32,000 bases of DNA from Erysipelotrichaceae bacterium (GTDB lineage: Bacteria > Bacillota_I > Bacilli_A > Erysipelotrichales > Coprobacillaceae): the NCBI GenBank assembly GCA_028698185.1, contig JAQVDW010000002.1, forward strand, positions 30,001-62,000. Reading direction: 5' to 3'. Shown here one piece after another: positions 9,450 through 18,619 of this stretch. Below the pieces are notes generated by a model. That model did not search any database. It had not been told where the DNA came from and worked only from the letters and a program-made list of their open reading frames with translations. Positions within the stretch are counted from its first letter, which is position 1. Every line of letters starts with the position of its first letter. The position numbers and the translations under genes are program-made.

Positions 9450-9473
9450 GATGCTATATAAGGAGATTTGATT

Positions 9474-9884
9474 ATGGAAAAAGTTAAAGTTGCATTTGTC
9501 TGCATCCACAACTCGTGCCGTTCTCAAATGGCCGAGGGCTGGGCCAAGCATCTAGGGGGCGAATTCATCGAAGCCTATTCGGCCGGAACGGAGGATTATC
9601 CCGAAGTCAAACCGGATGCGGTTAAGGTAATGGAGCAAGCCGGGGTGTCGATGAAGGGCCACCAGCCCAAACTGCTTGAAGCGATTCCTCAAGTCGACGT
9701 GGTCATCACCATGGGGTGCGGAGTCAAGTGTCCCTACCTGCCCTCAAGACACCGTGAGGACTGGGGATTGGAAGATCCTTCTGGAAAACCCTTCGAAGAA
9801 TTCATCAAGACCCGCGAACTGATCAAGGAAAAGGTCCTGGATCTTATCAAGAGAATCGAAGAAAACACTCTTTTTGAAAACTAG
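9474..9884 (+). CDS. arsC: Arsenate reductase, thioredoxin-coupled LMW-PTP family
   Basis: It has the CX5R P-loop VAFVCIHNSCRSQMAEG plus the downstream Cys pair in MGCGVKCPYLP, matching the three-Cys relay of Gram-positive ArsC. AGGAG at 9461-9465 favours the ATG at 9474 over the TTG at 9468 used by the ORF track. Confidence 0.85.
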   Translation: MEKVKVAFVCIHNSCRSQMAEGWAKHLGGEFIEAYSAGTEDYPEVKPDAVKVMEQAGVSMKGHQPKLLEAIPQVDVVITMGCGVKCPYLPSRHREDWGLEDPSGKPFEEFIKTRELIKEKVLDLIKRIEENTLFEN

Positions 9885-9907
9885 CCGCATGCTGTGTGGC
9901 TTTTTTC
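9883..9907 (+). terminator. Intrinsic terminator of arsC
   Basis: AGCCGCA-ugcug-UGUGGCU (one G-U pair) is followed by UUUUUU and overlaps the TAG stop. Confidence 0.7.
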
Positions 9908-9923
9908 ATTTCCGTCATAAAAG

Positions 9924-9952
9924 AAAAAAAGACCGAACCCTCAGGTTCAGTC
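9924..9952 (-). terminator. Intrinsic terminator of trxB
   Basis: The minus strand reads GACUGAACC-ugag-GGUUCGGUC followed by UUUUUUU. The stem includes the trxB TGA stop. Confidence 0.8.
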
Positions 9953-10852
9953 CAACAATGATGCGATTTTTTGTCCGGCAATAGCTCCGTCGTTGGTTGC
10001 AGTGACAACCTGACGCAATCCCTTTTGCCGCACGTCTCCCGCCGCAAATACCATCGGAATTTTTGTCGCCATGGTTTCATCCGTGATGACATACCCAGAT
10101 TCGTCAAGAATTCCCAGATTCTTCGCGAATTCGCTCACCGGCAGCAACCCTAGATAAGGGAAGATTCCCGATACGGCGACCTCGCTGATTTCGCCGGTAT
10201 TCGAATCAATCACGGCAATTCCCGCCACCTTTCCATCAGCTTCGATTATATGGTGCGGTTTTTTAAGTTTGTGGACCACTATTTTTTCATTTTGGGCCAT
10301 CTTGTCCAGGGCAATCTTGTCCGCCCGGAAAACATCGCGGCGGATGAAAATGTGGACCCTGCTGGCGAAATTGGTAAGGTACAGCGCTTCCTCAACCGCC
10401 GAATTCCCACCTCCAACAACCGCTACTTCCTTGTCGCGGTAGAATGGCGCATCACATACAGCACAGTAGGAAACACCTTTTCCAGTCAGCTCCTCTTCCT
10501 TGTCGATGCCCATCTTTCTTTCACGGGTTCCTGATGCGATGAGTACCGCCTTGCATTTGTAGGTTGTATCTTCACAAACAACTTCCTTGTGGTCGCCAAC
10601 ATCCTTGATGTCGATCACGTTGCCATAGACGTGTTCCCCGCCAAAACTCAGGGCATGCTCATAAAGCTCATACGCCAGTTCCGGCCCGGTCTTCATCTTG
10701 ATGCCTGGATAGTTTTCGATTTCCGCCGTCAGGTTCAATTTCCCTCCTGGAGCGCCATTGTCCAGGACAATCGCCGACAATCCTGCCCGGGTCGCATAAA
10801 GCATCGCTGAGAGGCCGGCTGGCCCAGCTCCAATTATTACTAGATCTTTCAT
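9947..10852 (-). CDS. trxB: Thioredoxin-disulfide reductase
   Basis: It has the FAD motif LVIIGAGPAGLSA, the redox-active CAVC, and the NADPH motif VAVVGGGNSAVEEA. I place the start at the ATG at 10852 (MKDLVIIG...), which is preceded by GGAGG. The 14 extra codons in the ORF track have no RBS support. Confidence 0.9.
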   Translation of the reverse strand: MKDLVIIGAGPAGLSAMLYATRAGLSAIVLDNGAPGGKLNLTAEIENYPGIKMKTGPELAYELYEHALSFGGEHVYGNVIDIKDVGDHKEVVCEDTTYKCKAVLIASGTRERKMGIDKEEELTGKGVSYCAVCDAPFYRDKEVAVVGGGNSAVEEALYLTNFASRVHIFIRRDVFRADKIALDKMAQNEKIVVHKLKKPHHIIEADGKVAGIAVIDSNTGEISEVAVSGIFPYLGLLPVSEFAKNLGILDESGYVITDETMATKIPMVFAAGDVRQKGLRQVVTATNDGAIAGQKIASLLD

Positions 10853-10876
10853 ATCAATTCCTCCGTGGTTTAAATA

Positions 10877-10904
10877 ATTATAACATCCATTCAATATAGT
10901 TCAA
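10877..10904 (-). promoter_or_regulatory. Putative promoter upstream of trxB
   Basis: On the minus strand, TTGAAC (10899-10904) is followed by a 16-nt spacer and TATAAT (10877-10882). It lies in the 66-nt gap after glpK. Confidence 0.45.
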
Positions 10905-10918
10905 TCAATGTGCATCTA

Positions 10919-12439
10919 TTAATCGTTCTGGCTGTCACGGTCGTAAAACTGGCTGTGATATACACAGGTGGCCACTGCGTTCTTCCATCCCTGATAATAT
11001 CTGGCAGCCTTGACCTCAGACAACTGCGGTTGGAATCTGATTTGGCCTGGAATCCGTTCATCGAGCATCTTTCCAACAGGGTAGTATCCTGTTGCCAGAC
11101 CCGCCAGCAATGCCGCTCCCAGAGCAGTCGTTTCGGCTATTGGCGCTTTTACCACTTCTGTCTGGAGGATATCCGCCTGGAATTGCATCAAAAAATCATT
11201 GTCGGTGACCTTGCCGTCAACTTTCAACACCTTGATGTCGATCCCGCTTTCCTGGACCATAACCTCAAGGACATCCCTGGTCTGGTAAGCCAGCGCTTCC
11301 AAGGCGGACCGGACAAAAGTGTTCTTTGTGGTCGCTCCGGTTATCCCCACAATCATCCCTCTGCTTTGATAATTCCAATAAGGCGCTCCCAAACCGACGA
11401 AGGCTGGGACGAAATAGACGTTCTCGTTGTCTTTTATCGCGGTTGCCATCGCGCTGGTGGATTGCGGTTTGGCGAAAAGTTCCAGTCCCCTCTGGAGCCA
11501 TTTGATGGCACTACCAGCCACGAAAACCGAGCCTTCAAGAGCGTAGGTGACCTCATTGTCCAGTGACCAGGCGATAGTTGTCAGCAGTCCGTTGCTTGAC
11601 CTGATCGGTTTTCCACCGGTGTTCATCAAAAGGAAGCAACCGGTACCGTAGGTGTTTTTCACCATGCCGCTTTGGAAGCAGCCATGGCCAAACAGCGACG
11701 CCTGCTGGTCCCCAACCAGTGAGCGGATTTCGACCGTCAAGCCATTCATGACTGCCCCGGCTGTTGTTCCAAAATAGCCGCTGGAGTTTTTAACCTCAGG
11801 AAGCATCGTTTCGGGGATATCGAGGATCTCGAGCAACTGTCGATCCCATTGCAAATCATATATGTTGAAGATAAGGGTCCTTGATGCATTCGTAAAATCG
11901 GTCGCATGGACCGCTCCATTAGTCAGCTTGTAAAGCAGCCAGCTATCCACGGTCCCGAAAAGAAGGTCTCCGGCCAAGGCTTTTTCGCGCGCTCCGGCCA
12001 CGTTGTCGAGAATCCACTTTATCTTGGTCGCTGAAAAATACGGATCGATCACCAGTCCGGTCTTTTCCTGGAAAAGTTCCTGATAGCCCTGTTCCTTGAG
12101 CTGGTGACAAATCTGGTCGGACTGACGCGATTGCCAGATAATCGCATTGTAAACCGGCTGTTGGGTCGACCTGTCAAAGACGACCGTAGTCTCTCTTTGA
12201 TTGGTGATCCCGATGCTCTCGATTTGTTCCATCTTGATATCGGCTTTTTCGATGGCGGCAAAAATGCATTCACGGACACTCGCAAATATCTCATTGGCGT
12301 CCTGTTCGACCCAGCCATCGTGCGGGTAATGGCTGGCCACTTCTTTCTGGGCAATTGCGACAACTGCCATTTTTGAATCGAAAATCACTACCCGGGAAGA
12401 TGTCGTTCCCTGGTCGATAGCGATCACATACTTATTCAT
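10919..12439 (-). CDS. glpK: Glycerol kinase
   Basis: 506 aa. It has the FGGY-family motifs YVIAIDQGTTSSRVVIFD and GDQQASLFG plus the C-terminal FGGY domain. A GGGGG RBS is present. Confidence 0.92.
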   Translation of the reverse strand: MNKYVIAIDQGTTSSRVVIFDSKMAVVAIAQKEVASHYPHDGWVEQDANEIFASVRECIFAAIEKADIKMEQIESIGITNQRETTVVFDRSTQQPVYNAIIWQSRQSDQICHQLKEQGYQELFQEKTGLVIDPYFSATKIKWILDNVAGAREKALAGDLLFGTVDSWLLYKLTNGAVHATDFTNASRTLIFNIYDLQWDRQLLEILDIPETMLPEVKNSSGYFGTTAGAVMNGLTVEIRSLVGDQQASLFGHGCFQSGMVKNTYGTGCFLLMNTGGKPIRSSNGLLTTIAWSLDNEVTYALEGSVFVAGSAIKWLQRGLELFAKPQSTSAMATAIKDNENVYFVPAFVGLGAPYWNYQSRGMIVGITGATTKNTFVRSALEALAYQTRDVLEVMVQESGIDIKVLKVDGKVTDNDFLMQFQADILQTEVVKAPIAETTALGAALLAGLATGYYPVGKMLDERIPGQIRFQPQLSEVKAARYYQGWKNAVATCVYHSQFYDRDSQND

Positions 12440-12514
12440 CAGTTTGCCCCCTTTGACATGTCATATATATCATTTTATCACTGTTTCATGTATTTTTAAA
12501 GATTCCGCTCAAAC

Positions 12515-12537
12515 AAAAAAAGGCAATCTCATTGCCT
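12515..12537 (-). terminator. Intrinsic terminator after the SseB-like gene
   Basis: The minus strand reads AGGCAAU-gag-AUUGCCU followed by UUUUUUU and overlaps the TAG stop. Confidence 0.75.
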
Positions 12538-13333
12538 ATTTTTGATCAAACCGGATTATTTTCTCGACCCGGTTGAAAACTTGTTCATTGACCATCATAT
12601 TAAGGGATACCGGGTTGAAAATCAAACTATCAACCCCTTTTGAAAGAGACTGCAGGTCATGATAGCTTACCGTAAGGCTGGTGAACTCCTGCTTTTGGTT
12701 GAAAGCCGCAAACTCGTAGATGTCGCTGAAGACAAATTGCGCCTTTTTCCCGTCCTTGTTTGTGAATATCGGAATCTCAAACTGGGCTTTGCCATCTTCG
12801 GTCGATTCTTCCTTTTTGCCCTTGACCGGAACTAGAAACTGAGCTGTGGCGAATTTCTTCAAAAAGGCTGCTTCATCCTGATTGGTAGCCTTGTTCGACC
12901 TCGCTTTTTCAATAAATGAACACGCCACCACCAATAGCTCACTGTTGTCAAGCTTGGCTTGTGGAACTGCATCAAAGATCTCGTCGACTTTGATGATGAC
13001 CGTCTGGTCCTTCACCACCAGTTCGAGTAGCCCGATCCCGCAACGGCGGATGTCTCCGGCTAAAAACGACCGGTTGTCAGTCTTGGTACCCATGCCTAGC
13101 ACCTTGACATTGGCATGATCAAGATTCTTTTGATATTGGTCGAAATCTTCTTTGGCCACAAACATCTTCGTGCATGTTCGTCCAAGATAGTCCTCGAGAT
13201 AGTATAGCCGGGTGTTTTTGGACCGGACGAAAATCAGGTCTTCCATCGATTTCACCTTATCCAACAGCTTTAGATACACATCTTCTTCATAGCTTGATTC
13301 ATATTCTTCCATCAGTTTCAATAGCTCTTCCAT
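12536..13333 (-). CDS. Hypothetical protein, possibly SseB family
   Basis: 265 aa with a GAGGGGGA RBS. The C-terminal half (FLVPVKGK...FEIPIFTNKDGKKAQFVFSDIYEFAAF...DSLIFNPVSLNMMV) resembles the SseB N-domain pattern (secreted/aux protein, FT-x-x-eel, xNP). This assignment is from memory only. Confidence 0.45.
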   Translation of the reverse strand: MEELLKLMEEYESSYEEDVYLKLLDKVKSMEDLIFVRSKNTRLYYLEDYLGRTCTKMFVAKEDFDQYQKNLDHANVKVLGMGTKTDNRSFLAGDIRRCGIGLLELVVKDQTVIIKVDEIFDAVPQAKLDNSELLVVACSFIEKARSNKATNQDEAAFLKKFATAQFLVPVKGKKEESTEDGKAQFEIPIFTNKDGKKAQFVFSDIYEFAAFNQKQEFTSLTVSYHDLQSLSKGVDSLIFNPVSLNMMVNEQVFNRVEKIIRFDQK

Positions 13334-13359
13334 TTTTATCTTCCCCCTCGACTAAAAGC

Positions 13360-13368
13360 ATTATACCA
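13360..13368 (-). promoter_or_regulatory. Extended -10 element (TGgTATAAT), putative promoter of the SseB-like gene
   Basis: The minus strand reads TGGTATAAT 26 nt upstream of the ATG at 13333, just downstream of the ppaX terminator. Confidence 0.45.
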
Positions 13369-13381
13369 TAAAATCACAAAC

Positions 13382-13419
13382 AATAAAAAGAACCATCAAG
13401 TCACTTTCTCGATGATTCT
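13382..13419 (-). terminator. Intrinsic terminator at the end of ppaX
   Basis: The minus strand reads AGAAUCAUC-13 nt loop-GAUGGUUCU (9 bp, one G-U) followed by UUUUAUU. The ppaX stop codon lies in the loop. Confidence 0.6.
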
Positions 13420-14054
13420 TCGATTATTACCGATTCTATCTGATCGAAGCTGTCAATCAGGTAGTCGGCTCCCGCCTGCTCGATATGGACATAGCCTTTG
13501 GGGCTCCACTTGACCCCGACACTGACGATTTTGGCATTTTTCGCCGCCAGGATGTCCGTGTCGTTGTCACCGACATAGATGCCTTTGCTCCGTTCGAGTT
13601 TGTCCAATACATAATTGATGCCTTCGGGGTCGGGCTTTGGCTTGCTTACCTGGTCGGATCCGATGACGATATCGAAATATTGGCGCAACCCAAACAGGTC
13701 CAGACCAAGATAGGCCGATTCCCGGAATTTGGTTGTGACAATGGCCAGGGGATATCCTTTTTCCTTGAGTCTGGCCAAGGTTTTCTCGACTCCGGGATAG
13801 ATGGTAACATACTTTTCATGGATTTCATGATTGTATCTGCGGTAATCCCGGACGCATTCTTCAACGATCCCCCGCTCGAAATATCGGCTAAACGAGGTTC
13901 TCAGGCTGGGACCAAGAAATGAATGAAGTTCCTCCCGGGTCAGTTCATGACCGGGCAGATACTTGTCGAAGACATACCTGAAAGTTTCAAAGATAAGACT
14001 GTCGGTATTGATGACCGTCCCATCAAGATCAAAAATCACTGCTAAATCCATCAT
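13401..14054 (-). CDS. ppaX: HAD-superfamily hydrolase, PpaX-like pyrophosphatase/phosphoglycolate phosphatase family
   Basis: It has HAD motif I (VIFDLDGTVINT) and motifs II-IV (VTTK, GDNDTD). Its position after hprK-lgt matches B. subtilis. The start is ambiguous among GTG 14060, ATG 14054 and ATG 14051. ATG 14054 gives an ATGA overlap with the lgt stop, and AGGTGG lies just upstream. Confidence 0.7.
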   Translation of the reverse strand: MMDLAVIFDLDGTVINTDSLIFETFRYVFDKYLPGHELTREELHSFLGPSLRTSFSRYFERGIVEECVRDYRRYNHEIHEKYVTIYPGVEKTLARLKEKGYPLAIVTTKFRESAYLGLDLFGLRQYFDIVIGSDQVSKPKPDPEGINYVLDKLERSKGIYVGDNDTDILAAKNAKIVSVGVKWSPKGYVHIEQAGADYLIDSFDQIESVIIEESSRK

Positions 14055-14845
14055 TGCCACCTAATTCTTTTGACAACCACGTATGCCATACCGGCAAGAC
14101 CGACGGCGACAAATACAACCGAAGTCAACTGGGCCGTCCGGAATCCCAGGACATAGAGACTGTCGGTGCGCAACCCTTCGACAAAGAAACGGATTATGCC
14201 ATACCAGATGAAATAACTGAAGAATTCCATCCCCTGGTGGCTGGCCACTCTTTTTACCACGAAGAAAATAAGAAGGAACCCGATGACATTGAGGATTGAC
14301 TCATACAGGAACGTCGGATGATAGTAAATTCCGTTGATTGCCATGCCGTCAATGATGAAATTGGGCAAATGCAGGCTTTCCAAGAAGCTGCGGCTGACCT
14401 GAGAGCCATGGGCCTCCTGGTTGAAAAAGTTGCCCCAGCGCCCCAGTGCCTGGGCGACTAATACCTCTGGCATGATCGCATCGCCGGCTTGTAGGAAACC
14501 GATGCCTTTCTTTTTGAAGAAATAATACGAAAATATCAGACCGGCAACCACACCACCTTGAATCGCAAGTCCGCCATGGTCAATCCTGATGATCTCGCTT
14601 GGATTTTGCGAGTAGATTTCATTCCACATGAAGACCACATACCAGAGGCGGGCCCCGGCGATGCCAATGGGCATCAGGTAAAAAACGAAGTCCGACAGGA
14701 TCTCTTTGTCATATCCTAGTTTCTTGAAGTTGTGCTGGCCGATCAGATAGGCGACCACAACCCCAGTCAGGATGAAAACCGCGTAATACTGGATCGAGAT
14801 TCCACCGATTTGGAAAAATGTCTGACGATCGACAAAAAACATCAT
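14051..14845 (-). CDS. lgt: Prolipoprotein diacylglyceryl transferase
   Basis: 264 aa polytopic membrane protein with the Lgt signatures GGLAIQGGVVAG and GRWGNFFNQEAHG. An ATGA overlap joins it to the hprK stop. Confidence 0.9.
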   Translation of the reverse strand: MMFFVDRQTFFQIGGISIQYYAVFILTGVVVAYLIGQHNFKKLGYDKEILSDFVFYLMPIGIAGARLWYVVFMWNEIYSQNPSEIIRIDHGGLAIQGGVVAGLIFSYYFFKKKGIGFLQAGDAIMPEVLVAQALGRWGNFFNQEAHGSQVSRSFLESLHLPNFIIDGMAINGIYYHPTFLYESILNVIGFLLIFFVVKRVASHQGMEFFSYFIWYGIIRFFVEGLRTDSLYVLGFRTAQLTSVVFVAVGLAGMAYVVVKRIRWQ

Positions 14846-15783
14846 TCGCCACCTTTATTGGCATCAATATTGGCAAGAATCCGGTTGACAAATTCTTTCG
14901 ACGAATCGACACCGCTCTCTTTTAGGCGCATGTTCATTACGGCCGATTCGATGATAACCGCCATTGAACGTCCCGAAGATACCGGAACAATCACGCGCGG
15001 GATTTCGATATCAAGAACTTCCTCATACGACTGAATCTCGTCGAGACCAAGACGGGCGTATTCCCTTGATGGAACCCAACGGTCTAGCTGGATGATCAGA
15101 TCCACATTGTCATCCTCGAGGATGGACCCGATTCCAAACATCTTTGAAACGTCGATTACCCCGATTCCGCGGATCTCCAGAAGGGAATAGAGAACCTTCG
15201 GTGCCCGACCGACGATTTTCTGTCCCAGATTGATCAGTTCGATCGCGTCATCGGCAATCAAAAGATGACCTCTTTTTATAAGTTCCAGAGCGATTTCCGA
15301 TTTACCGATCCCGGATTCGCCTTTGATGATTACACCTTTTCCATAAATATTCAGGAAAACCCCATGCATCAGCGTTTCCTTGGCCAAAGCCCGGTCAAGT
15401 TTGTTTGTAAGGTTCATCGACACCCTACCGGTCGCATTTTCCGTAACGAAGATCGGAAAGTTCTTCGCAATCGCCACGTCCATAAGGATCGGGGGACAGG
15501 TATATCCCTTACAGATGATGACGCATGGCGTCTGGTCATGGAGCAGCTTTGGAAATATCTCCTTTTGCCGCTCAACCGTCATCTCGGAAATGAATGCCAT
15601 CTCTTTGGCTCCCAGGATGATCAGTCGCTTGAATTCACTGTTTTTAAAGTATCCCGCCAGTTCGAACCCGGGGCGGTTGACCTCGGGTATCACAACTTCA
15701 CGGTTTAATGATTCTTCATTACCGGTAATTTGGATGTAGGTGTCCAAATTCAACAAATCACGAATCTTAATTGATTTTGCCAT
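14842..15783 (-). CDS. hprK: HPr kinase/phosphorylase
   Basis: 313 aa with the P-loop GESGIGKSE and the HprK signature LIADDAIEL...LEIRGIGVIDV. A GAGGAG RBS is present. It lies 10 nt downstream of uvrA. Confidence 0.92.
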   Translation of the reverse strand: MAKSIKIRDLLNLDTYIQITGNEESLNREVVIPEVNRPGFELAGYFKNSEFKRLIILGAKEMAFISEMTVERQKEIFPKLLHDQTPCVIICKGYTCPPILMDVAIAKNFPIFVTENATGRVSMNLTNKLDRALAKETLMHGVFLNIYGKGVIIKGESGIGKSEIALELIKRGHLLIADDAIELINLGQKIVGRAPKVLYSLLEIRGIGVIDVSKMFGIGSILEDDNVDLIIQLDRWVPSREYARLGLDEIQSYEEVLDIEIPRVIVPVSSGRSMAVIIESAVMNMRLKESGVDSSKEFVNRILANIDANKGGE

Positions 15784-15793
15784 TTTTATCTCC

Positions 15794-18619
15794 TCACAAT
15801 AATTTCTTCAGGAATGATCCAGTATATGATTGTTCGCACTTAGCCACCTTTTCAGGGGTGCCTGAGACAACCACAGTACCTCCATTATCCCCTCCTTCGG
15901 GCCCTAAGTCAATAATATAGTCAGCAACCTTGATGACATCGAGATTATGTTCGATGATTATAACCGTATCTCCCTGGGCGACGATATGATCAAGAACCTC
16001 GATCAGTTTGGCCACGTCATGGCTGTGCAAACCGGTCGTTGGCTCATCCAGGATGTAGACCGTCTTCCCGGTGGCTTTTTTCTGGAGTTCCGAAGCCAGC
16101 TTGACCCGCTGCGCTTCACCGCCCGAAAGAGTCGTCGCCGACTGACCGAGCTTGATATACCCAAGTCCCACATCGTACAGCGCCTGCAATTTGCCCCTGA
16201 TTCTTGGGATGTTCTCGAAGAATTCCAACGAATCTTCGATTGTCATCTCCAATACGTCAAAGATGTTTTTATCCTTATATGTTACCTGGAGTGTCTCGTC
16301 ATTGTAGCGTTTGCCGTGGCATTCGTTGCAAGGGACATAGACATCCGGCAGGAAATGCATCGAAATCTTCTTGACACCGTCACCCTGGCAGGCCTCGCAG
16401 CGGCCACCCTTGACATTGAACGAGAACCGGCCCTTGTCATAGCCCCGGATCTTGGCCTCGTTGGTTGAGGCGAACAGGTCCCGGATCAGATCAAACACTC
16501 CGGTGTAGGTCACCGGATTCGAGCGCGGCGTCCGACCGATCGGGTCCTGGGAAACCTCAATCACCTTGTCGACATGCTCAAGACCTTTTATCTCCTTATG
16601 CAATCCCGGTTTTTCCTTGGACTTGTAGATGGCGTTTTTCAATGCCTTACCTAGAATGTCATTGACCAGGGTCGATTTCCCCGAACCACTGACCCCGGTG
16701 ACGACATTGAAGCAGCCAATCGGGAACTTGACTTTGATATTCTTAAGATTGTTTTCGTTCGCTCCGATTATCTCGAGATATTTCTTCTGGGGCTTCCGCC
16801 TCTTTTCCGGTACCGGAACTTTGAGCTTGCCTGAAAGATATTGGCCGGTGATTGACTCTTCACACTCCCCAATCAGATCCGGAACACCGCTGTAGATGAC
16901 TTCACCGCCATGAACGCCGGCCCCCGGGCCGATATCAACGATATAGTCGCTGGCGCGCATCGTATCCTCGTCATGTTCGACAACAATCACGCTGTTGCCA
17001 AGATCGCGGATATCAAGGAGCGCCTGGATCAGTTTTTCATTGTCCCTCTGGTGCAGGCCGATCGAAGGCTCGTCGAGCACATACAGCACTCCAGACAACC
17101 TTGTCCCGATTTGCGTCGCCAGGCGGATCCGCTGGGCTTCACCCCCGGAAAGGGTACCCGCCTTGCGGGCAAGGTCAAGATACCCCAAACCTACCTGGGA
17201 CAAAAAGGTCAAGCGGTCCTGGATTTCCTTGACAACCAGCCGGGCGATGTTACGTTGATAATCATCGAGCTTAAGTTCCCTGATGAAATTCAGGGCATCG
17301 AGAATCGAAAGATGGGTGAACTGCGCGATATTCAAGCCGCCGACCTTCACCGCCAGCACCTTGTCATTGAGCCGGTCCCCGTTACAAGTCATACATGTAT
17401 GTTCACCCATGAACGAAGCGTACCATTCCTTCGACCATGAAGACGTCGTTTCCTGATAAAGCCGCGAGATCGATGATTTCACTCCTTCGATCGCCTTGAA
17501 CTGGTCGGTCCGCGTCCCGCTCGCCGAGATGAGCGTATACTTGATTGGGACATGGGAACCATAAAAAATAATATTGAGTTCCTTCTTGGTGAAGTTTTTC
17601 AAAGGTTTGTCACAGTCGATCTGGTAGTAATCGCACAAAGCCAAAAACCGCTGCCATTCCAGGCGGCTTGTTCCAACCGCCGATTTGAAATAGCGGATTC
17701 CACCTTGATTGATCGACAGATCCCAGTCCGGGATAAGCAGGTCGTCGTCAACCTCGTTCTTGATTCCCAGCCCCCGGCAATCTGGGCACGCTCCCAACGG
17801 GTTGTTGAAAGAGAACAGCCGGGGTTCCAGTGTGGGAACCGAGAAGCCGCAGATCGGACATGAGAGATGTTCGCTGAAAAGTTCCTGTTCGCCACTGTCA
17901 AGATTCACGACAATGACTTCGCCACCGGTAAGCTTGAGCCCTACTTCGAGCGAGTCCACCAGTCGGCTGCGGTAATTCTCTCTTTTGACAATCCGGTCGA
18001 CGATGACCTCGATGTTGTGTTTCTTGTTTTTCTCCAGGGCGGAAACTTCCTCAAGAAGCATGTTTTCGCCATCGACCCTGACCCGGACAAATCCCTGGGC
18101 AAGAAGGTCCTCGAACAGTTCCTTGAATGTCCCTTTCTGGTTCTTGGCCACGCTGGCTAGAATCTGCAGCTTGGTCCCGTCAGGATATCCGTCGATTGTG
18201 TCCGCCATTTGTTTGGTCGTTTGCGCCATGATCGGGATATTGTGCTCCGGACAGTAGGCAATCCCGATCCGCCCATATAACAGCCGCAGATAATCATAAA
18301 TCTCGGTTACCGTACCGACTGTGGACCGGGGATTGTTCGATGTTGTCTTCTGGTCAATGGCAATCGCCGGCGAGAGTCCGTCGATGCTGTCGACATCAGG
18401 CTTTTCCATGTTCCCCAAAAACTGGCGGGCATAGGCGCTAAGGGACTCGACATACCGCCGTTGCCCCTCGGCATAGATCGTATCAAAAGCCAATGACGAT
18501 TTTCCCGAACCGGACAACCCGGTCAGAATCACCAGCTTGTCTTTCGGGATCGTCAAGTCAATATTTTTAAGGTTGTTTTCACGGGCGCCCTTTATAACTA
18601 AAAAATCTTTATTTGCCAT
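15794..18619 (-). CDS. uvrA: Excinuclease ABC subunit A
   Basis: 941 aa with two ABC ATPase modules ([23 protein letters not shown]; LSGGEAQR twice) and zinc-finger cysteine clusters ([19 protein letters not shown]...CNECHG). Confidence 0.95.
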   Translation of the reverse strand: MANKDFLVIKGARENNLKNIDLTIPKDKLVILTGLSGSGKSSLAFDTIYAEGQRRYVESLSAYARQFLGNMEKPDVDSIDGLSPAIAIDQKTTSNNPRSTVGTVTEIYDYLRLLYGRIGIAYCPEHNIPIMAQTTKQMADTIDGYPDGTKLQILASVAKNQKGTFKELFEDLLAQGFVRVRVDGENMLLEEVSALEKNKKHNIEVIVDRIVKRENYRSRLVDSLEVGLKLTGGEVIVVNLDSGEQELFSEHLSCPICGFSVPTLEPRLFSFNNPLGACPDCRGLGIKNEVDDDLLIPDWDLSINQGGIRYFKSAVGTSRLEWQRFLALCDYYQIDCDKPLKNFTKKELNIIFYGSHVPIKYTLISASGTRTDQFKAIEGVKSSISRLYQETTSSWSKEWYASFMGEHTCMTCNGDRLNDKVLAVKVGGLNIAQFTHLSILDALNFIRELKLDDYQRNIARLVVKEIQDRLTFLSQVGLGYLDLARKAGTLSGGEAQRIRLATQIGTRLSGVLYVLDEPSIGLHQRDNEKLIQALLDIRDLGNSVIVVEHDEDTMRASDYIVDIGPGAGVHGGEVIYSGVPDLIGECEESITGQYLSGKLKVPVPEKRRKPQKKYLEIIGANENNLKNIKVKFPIGCFNVVTGVSGSGKSTLVNDILGKALKNAIYKSKEKPGLHKEIKGLEHVDKVIEVSQDPIGRTPRSNPVTYTGVFDLIRDLFASTNEAKIRGYDKGRFSFNVKGGRCEACQGDGVKKISMHFLPDVYVPCNECHGKRYNDETLQVTYKDKNIFDVLEMTIEDSLEFFENIPRIRGKLQALYDVGLGYIKLGQSATTLSGGEAQRVKLASELQKKATGKTVYILDEPTTGLHSHDVAKLIEVLDHIVAQGDTVIIIEHNLDVIKVADYIIDLGPEGGDNGGTVVVSGTPEKVAKCEQSYTGSFLKKLL

